From Alphaproteobacteria bacterium (GTDB lineage: Bacteria > Pseudomonadota > Alphaproteobacteria > Rs-D84): a DNA stretch of 64,000 nt. Under the pieces are notes generated by a model that saw nothing but the letters and a program-made list of their open reading frames with translations, had not been told where the DNA came from and did no database searches. How positions within the stretch are numbered: position 1 is the stretch's first letter; each line of letters starts with the position of its first letter. A program made the translations under genes and the position numbers. The DNA is taken from NCBI GenBank assembly GCA_050943575.1, contig JBMNPL010000002.1, positions 8,073 to 72,072 on the forward strand, read 5' to 3'. Shown here in pieces: positions 59,103-64,000 of the stretch.

Positions 59103-59734
59103 AATCCATTTTCCTTTTTTATATATTTTATCAAATCAGTATAATTATAAAATTCAGGAACTTTTAAATCTTTAGGTGTATCAGTAGTAAATTCACTACG
59201 AAATCGTATTGGTTTGACCTCAGCGCGAATCGCCGCGCGCAAATTATAAGGCCGATCATCAACTAGTATAGTTTCTGAAGGATTCCAATTATTTTCCACC
59301 ATATATTTTAACATATTTTCTTCTTTGGTATCACCATGCGGAGTAATTTTTATATCAATTGGTAAATCCCCAATAAGTTTTTTAAGCAAATTAATCTTAC
59401 GCGTACCTGCTCCTGTTGCTGACATTGTAGTTTGATTAATTTTCATATTGTGTAATTGCAAAATCGTATCGCGTGCACCATAATATAAAGGACGATCGTC
59501 AAAAAATTCGGAAGTTATAAAATCATTATTCATAGCATCGCCATAAAGCGGATGGATAGATAATTCTAAACCAGCATATTCAGAATTAGTCGGGAGAGCT
59601 TTTGCAAGATCTTTATATTTAAGATCTACAAACATTTCACGCCAATTTTTATGTTGTGTCAAAAATTTATAATACGCATGATTTAAATTTGCAAGAACAC
59701 CATCTACATCCCAAAATATGTTTTTTATTTTCAT
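59099..59734 (-). CDS. HAD-superfamily hydrolase, 5'(3')-deoxyribonucleotidase-like
   Basis: 211 aa. HAD motif I FWDVDGVLANL. Co-operonic with kdsB and kdsA (4-nt overlap). Confidence 0.5.
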   Translation of the reverse strand: MKIKNIFWDVDGVLANLNHAYYKFLTQHKNWREMFVDLKYKDLAKALPTNSEYAGLELSIHPLYGDAMNNDFITSEFFDDRPLYYGARDTILQLHNMKINQTTMSATGAGTRKINLLKKLIGDLPIDIKITPHGDTKEENMLKYMVENNWNPSETILVDDRPYNLRAAIRAEVKPIRFRSEFTTDTPKDLKVPEFYNYTDLIKYIKKENGL

Positions 59735-59736
59735 AA

Positions 59737-60825
59737 TTATTCTGCAATTTCATCTTCTGAATCTGGCCCAACTGTCATTTCTTGGGCTAATCCAGCAGAT
59801 TTTTCCATAATCTTTTCCAATAATTCTTTTTGAACATCTTGATTATCTTTCAGCCATTGACGAGCATTTGCTTCACCTTGACCAATACGTTCCGAATTAT
59901 AAGAATAATAAGAACCGGCTTTTTCAATCAAATTCATTTTTACACCTAGATCTAAAATTTCAGATTCACGAGAAATTCCTTCACCATACATAATTTTAAA
60001 ATCAACTGTACGAAAAGGTGGCGCAACTTTATTTTTTACAACTTTAACACGTGTTTCATTTCCAACAACCTCATCTTTATCTTTAATTGCACCTGTACGA
60101 CGAATATCTAAACGAACTGATGCGTAAAATTTAAGTGCATTACCACCAGAAGTTGTTTCTGGATTTCCAAACATAACACCTATTTTCATACGAATTTGAT
60201 TAATGAAAATTAATAAAGTATTACTACGCGAAACACTACCAGCTAATTTTTTCAACGATTGAGACATTAAACGTGCTGTAGTTCCAACAAAACTATCACC
60301 CATATTTCCTTCAAGCTCTGCTTTAGTTACAAGTGCAGCAACAGAATCAACCACAACTACATCAACTGCGCCAGATTTAATAAGCGTATCTGCAATTTCT
60401 AATGCTTGCTCTCCTGAATCTGGTTGTGAAATAATTAAATTTGCAACATCTACCCCTAATTTTCTAGCATAACTAGGATCTAAAGCATTCTCAGCATCAA
60501 TATAAGCACAAGTGCCACCTTTTTTTTGTGCCTCGGCAACAGCATGAAGTGCCAATGTTGTTTTACCAGAACTTTCAGGACCATAAATTTCAACTATGCG
60601 ACCTTTGGGATAACCACCAATTCCTAAAGCAATATCTAGTCCCAAACTACCTGAAGATATAGCCTCTATATTTTGTTGAGAGCCATCACCCATTTTCATA
60701 ATCGCTTCTTTACCAAATTGTTTTTGAATTTGGGCAAGAGCTGCTTCTAATGCTGGATTTTTCTTTTGAGATAATGTTTCTTTTTGAACTTCTTTTTTCG
60801 CCATAAAATTCTCCTTAATTATCAA
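59737..60825 (-). CDS. recA: recombinase RecA
   Basis: 362 aa. Walker [10 protein letters not shown]. Fully alignable by eye to RecA. Confidence 0.95.
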   Translation of the reverse strand: MIIKENFMAKKEVQKETLSQKKNPALEAALAQIQKQFGKEAIMKMGDGSQQNIEAISSGSLGLDIALGIGGYPKGRIVEIYGPESSGKTTLALHAVAEAQKKGGTCAYIDAENALDPSYARKLGVDVANLIISQPDSGEQALEIADTLIKSGAVDVVVVDSVAALVTKAELEGNMGDSFVGTTARLMSQSLKKLAGSVSRSNTLLIFINQIRMKIGVMFGNPETTSGGNALKFYASVRLDIRRTGAIKDKDEVVGNETRVKVVKNKVAPPFRTVDFKIMYGEGISRESEILDLGVKMNLIEKAGSYYSYNSERIGQGEANARQWLKDNQDVQKELLEKIMEKSAGLAQEMTVGPDSEDEIAE

Positions 60826-60861
60826 AATGATATTAATAATTTAAGCAAAAATTAGCAATGA

Positions 60862-62058
60862 TTATTTTTTACTAGAATATGACATTGCGACAATAGCTGA
60901 TATAACCGCAACTATTGCGGATACAATCCATACTAAACTGGTTACACCAGTAATAGCAATTACCCCTGCACACACCATAGGAAATATAAATCTGGGGACA
61001 TTATTACCTGTTTTATAAACACCAATTAAACGTGATGTATTAAATTTATTAACCGATTCGAAAAATAATAAATCACGTAGAGGTTCTATCATTGCTCTAG
61101 CAAAATCCCAAGCAACAAAAATACCTAGTAATGCATAACCCTTTACAAATGAAGCAAATACAGCCAAAACAGCAGAAATTAAAAAACCGGCCGCGATACA
61201 AATTTTTTTATCTATTTTTTTTGTAATTATTGGCATTATTGTTGCCATAAAAATATATGGCAAAGTACATGCAGCTAAAAGGTATCCTAAAACCTCTTTT
61301 GAAAACCCATTTTCTCCAACAATAATTATTGGAATATAAATACTAGATATAATCGTTGAAGCAAAATACCCACAATTAATCAAATATGCTTTACGTAAAT
61401 TAGAATTTTTAAAAAACAAACGAACATTATTCAAAATACTTCGCACAGTTCTTTTCGGGATAAGTTTTTTTACCGGCTTTTCCTGTGAAACTAAATGATA
61501 ACTACCATAATAAAGAAAACCTATAAACATAACTGCACTAGTAACAAAATAAGCTGATCGATTACCAAAATTTTCCGCAAAAAACATTGCAATAATTGGT
61601 GCCAAGGCCGCACCAATATTTAACCAAGTATAATATCTTCCACTTAAACGATTCATACCAACATCTTTAGAAAAATCAGCTAAAAATAATGGTATCGAAT
61701 ATCCAATTAATAACCAAGGTAGCCTTGATAACTGATCTAAAACAATAAAAGTTACAGGCTTTATTGAAAAAGCCATCATAAATGCAAAAATTCCTGCAGT
61801 TAAAATAGATACATAAAAAATTCTAGTTTTGGTAAATCTTCTAAAAAACTCCCCTGTAGATAAAGCTAATAATGTAACTAACCCATATGATAATGAAGTA
61901 TAAACACCAACAATAGAGCTATTTTGAAAAATATCAAACAAAACAAGTGAATAAACTGCATTAATAATAGCATTCCCAAAACCATAAAAAAAACCTAAAT
62001 TTGCAAATGAAAAACCATTTACTGATTTTTTCATTGAAACATATTTTTCTGATGACAT
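60862..62058 (-). CDS. MFS-family transporter
   Basis: 398 aa with ~12 predicted TM helices, an MFS-like loop motif and general MFS topology. Confidence 0.6.
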   Translation of the reverse strand: MSSEKYVSMKKSVNGFSFANLGFFYGFGNAIINAVYSLVLFDIFQNSSIVGVYTSLSYGLVTLLALSTGEFFRRFTKTRIFYVSILTAGIFAFMMAFSIKPVTFIVLDQLSRLPWLLIGYSIPLFLADFSKDVGMNRLSGRYYTWLNIGAALAPIIAMFFAENFGNRSAYFVTSAVMFIGFLYYGSYHLVSQEKPVKKLIPKRTVRSILNNVRLFFKNSNLRKAYLINCGYFASTIISSIYIPIIIVGENGFSKEVLGYLLAACTLPYIFMATIMPIITKKIDKKICIAAGFLISAVLAVFASFVKGYALLGIFVAWDFARAMIEPLRDLLFFESVNKFNTSRLIGVYKTGNNVPRFIFPMVCAGVIAITGVTSLVWIVSAIVAVISAIVAMSYSSKK

Positions 62059-62154
62059 TTTTCCTATTCCTTACAATCTTTATATTTTACCACAAAAAAT
62101 AGAAAAGAATAATGAAATACTTAATATTTAAATATTATATATTTTAAATAAGTG

Positions 62155-63447
62155 TTATTTACCCAAGCATAGTTTATCAAATAATTTATTAGCAACTTCA
62201 CTTGTATCAATAACACCTAACACTTGCCCAATTTCATCAGCAGCAATTCGCACATGTTCAGAAAATAGATCCATATTATTAATTTGTTTTTCTGCATTTA
62301 TCAATTCTTGTTTTACCACAATTAAATGAGATTTAATGCGTTCATTAACAGCTATATCAGATTCTGTCCCGTCCAACATTTTATGTAATTTTTCTTTTAT
62401 TAAATTTAATAAACTATCTATACCATCACCAGTCAAAGCAGAAACATATAAACCATTTTTATTAATATTTTTATTTAAATCTGATTTATTAATCACAATT
62501 ATTTCATTATATTTATTTGTTGTCTGAACTTCATCATCTATGCTTTGAACTCTTAATACTAAATCTGCATTTTGAATTTCTTTATTAGTCAATTGAATTC
62601 CTATTTTTTCAATTTCATCATCTGTTTCTCTGAGTCCTGCCGTATCAGAAATTCTAACTAGATATCCATCTATATCAATATCTGCAGAAACAACATCACG
62701 TGTAGTACCAGGAATATCACTAACTATTGCGCGTGTTGCACCAATTAAACGATTAAACAATGATGATTTTCCTGAATTAACAGGCCCAACGATTGTAATA
62801 TTAAATCCACTTTGAATTGCGCGAACTGCACTACTTTTATAGATAGAATTTGAAATTTTTGTACGTAAATTTTGGGTTTGTTTTAATAATTTTTCAACAA
62901 TATTTTCTGGTAATTCATCTGATGAATAATCCAAAACAGCAGCAGCATAAGCAGAAATTTCAATCATTTGTGCGCGCCAATTTTCTAACTTTATACTATC
63001 ATCACCAGACATGGATTTTAATGCTAATTTACGTTGATGTTCAGTTTGTGCATCTAATAAAGCGCTTAACCCATCTACTTCAATTAAATCCATTTTATTA
63101 TTGTCAAATGCACGACGTGAAAATTCCCCAGGACGAGCCATGCGAGCACCATATATAGTAAGTGTTGAAAACAATTTTTGTAAAACAGCTTCACTGCCAT
63201 GAACATGTAATTCTATAACATCCTCACCAGTAAAAGAATGAGGGGCAGAAAAATAAATAGCTATTGCTTTATCTATTAATTCATCATTTTCATCTATTAA
63301 ATCTGTTAAATAAGCATAACGATTTTTAATTTGTGATTTTTTATTTGTAATTTTATTAAATAATTTTTGTAAAGAATTTCCAGATATACGCACAACTGCA
63401 ACGCCTGCTTTACCGCGTCCCGAAGATAATGCGAAAATTGTATCCAT
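62155..63447 (-). CDS. mnmE: tRNA modification GTPase MnmE
   Basis: 430 aa. G domain GPVNSGKSS. C-terminal CLGK tetrapeptide. Confidence 0.85.
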   Translation of the reverse strand: MDTIFALSSGRGKAGVAVVRISGNSLQKLFNKITNKKSQIKNRYAYLTDLIDENDELIDKAIAIYFSAPHSFTGEDVIELHVHGSEAVLQKLFSTLTIYGARMARPGEFSRRAFDNNKMDLIEVDGLSALLDAQTEHQRKLALKSMSGDDSIKLENWRAQMIEISAYAAAVLDYSSDELPENIVEKLLKQTQNLRTKISNSIYKSSAVRAIQSGFNITIVGPVNSGKSSLFNRLIGATRAIVSDIPGTTRDVVSADIDIDGYLVRISDTAGLRETDDEIEKIGIQLTNKEIQNADLVLRVQSIDDEVQTTNKYNEIIVINKSDLNKNINKNGLYVSALTGDGIDSLLNLIKEKLHKMLDGTESDIAVNERIKSHLIVVKQELINAEKQINNMDLFSEHVRIAADEIGQVLGVIDTSEVANKLFDKLCLGK

Positions 63448-63496
63448 ATTTATTAACCTTATATTAAGTTATCTTAAAATTAAAAAAAATAGTATT

Positions 63497-64000
63497 TTAT
63501 TTAATCTTTTTTAATGCTAATTTGACTAATGTACCAATATCTGCATCTGGATTTTCACGAATTAATTTTTGTGCTAGCTCCGCAACATCTACACGTTTAT
63601 ACCCTAACGATTCCAGCGCAGCTAATAAATCTCCTATCGTATTATTTATAAACTCACCACTACTTGAACTTTGTGTTTTAAATTCAGCGCACTTGCCTTT
63701 TAATTCTAAAATTATTTTTTCCGCAACTTTTTTACCAACTCCTGGTGCCGCAGTTATAGTTTTTGCATCTCCGCAAGTTATTGCTGTTATTAAAACATCA
63801 GTTTTGAATGTGCCTAATATACTCATCGCAAGCTTTGGTCCAACCCCGCTAACTGTTGTTAATTTATTAAACAAATCTTGTGCAACAATATTTTCAAAAC
63901 CAAATAAACGAAAAGAATCTTCACGAACAATTGTTTCTATCCATAAAGTAACCATGTCCCCCACACGCAGATTTGCGGTGGTAAAAACTTTATATCCCAC
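63497..64000 (-). CDS. ruvA: Holliday junction DNA helicase RuvA (5' end beyond window)
   Basis: HhH motifs (GVGPKLA, GVGKKVAEKI) and C-terminal domain III. The N-terminus is cut by the window edge. Confidence 0.8.
   Translation of the reverse strand: MGYKVFTTANLRVGDMVTLWIETIVREDSFRLFGFENIVAQDLFNKLTTVSGVGPKLAMSILGTFKTDVLITAITCGDAKTITAAPGVGKKVAEKIILELKGKCAEFKTQSSSSGEFINNTIGDLLAALESLGYKRVDVAELAQKLIRENPDADIGTLVKLALKKIK

Noticed and set aside
1-64000. An alternative genetic code (UGA=Trp, as in some reduced alphaproteobacterial symbionts) as an explanation for the unusual fusions or broken genes
   Set aside because: Trp positions in conserved motifs use TGG (for example trxA WCGPC). TGA cleanly terminates several well-delimited genes (kdsB/kdsA ATGA overlap, the small ORF before xerD). 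The fusions are stop-free in the standard code anyway.
1-64000. tRNA, rRNA, CRISPR arrays, IS elements and transposases
   Set aside because: All intergenic spacers are short and extremely AT-rich with no cloverleaf-like GC-rich 70-90 nt segments. There are no direct-repeat/spacer arrays, no inverted-repeat-flanked transposase-like ORFs and no integrase other than chromosomal xerD.

Overview
AT-rich chromosomal segment with an alphaproteobacterial, Rickettsiales/Holosporales-like gene set. Standard genetic code: TGG encodes Trp (trxA WCGPC motif) and TGA terminates well-delimited genes (kdsB/kdsA ATGA overlap). About 60 genes, densely packed and mostly housekeeping: sufS-sufT-sufE, trxA, dksA, ftsK, tatA, thrS, gltX, trmB, rarA, secD-secF-yajC, mutL, greA, lptF/G-family permease, xerD, ftsQ-ftsA, lolC-lolD, engB, rsmI, rluD, serS, typA, kdsA-kdsB, recA, mnmE, ruvA (partial at window end). 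No rRNA, tRNA, CRISPR or IS elements seen. Accessory content is clustered. (1) A minus-strand operon at 49.2-53.8 kb encodes three consecutive large (415-478 aa) proteins with type IV prepilin-like N-termini, then a ZitP-like zinc-ribbon/DUF3426 membrane protein and a small secreted protein; this may be an undescribed type IV filament-like surface system. (2) An operon at 37.4-39.3 kb encodes a small cytoplasmic protein, a 438-aa lipoprotein with secretin-like N-domain and C-terminus, and a small TM protein, immediately upstream of lolCD. (3) A GT61/DUF563 glycosyltransferase is split by a frameshift inside a G7 homopolymer, unusual in this AT-rich DNA. (4) Two apparent in-frame fusions of normally separate neighbouring genes: YbeY-Lnt and FtsA-Rpe. 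(5) A 939-aa Cys-rich secreted protein with two C-terminal glycine-zipper segments. (6) An isolated VirB2/TrbC-like pilin, a membrane-anchored GH24 muramidase, a BspA-type LRR protein, an AddB-like nuclease with no adjacent AddA, and a Cys-less DksA. All functional calls are from motif recognition by eye, without database searches.
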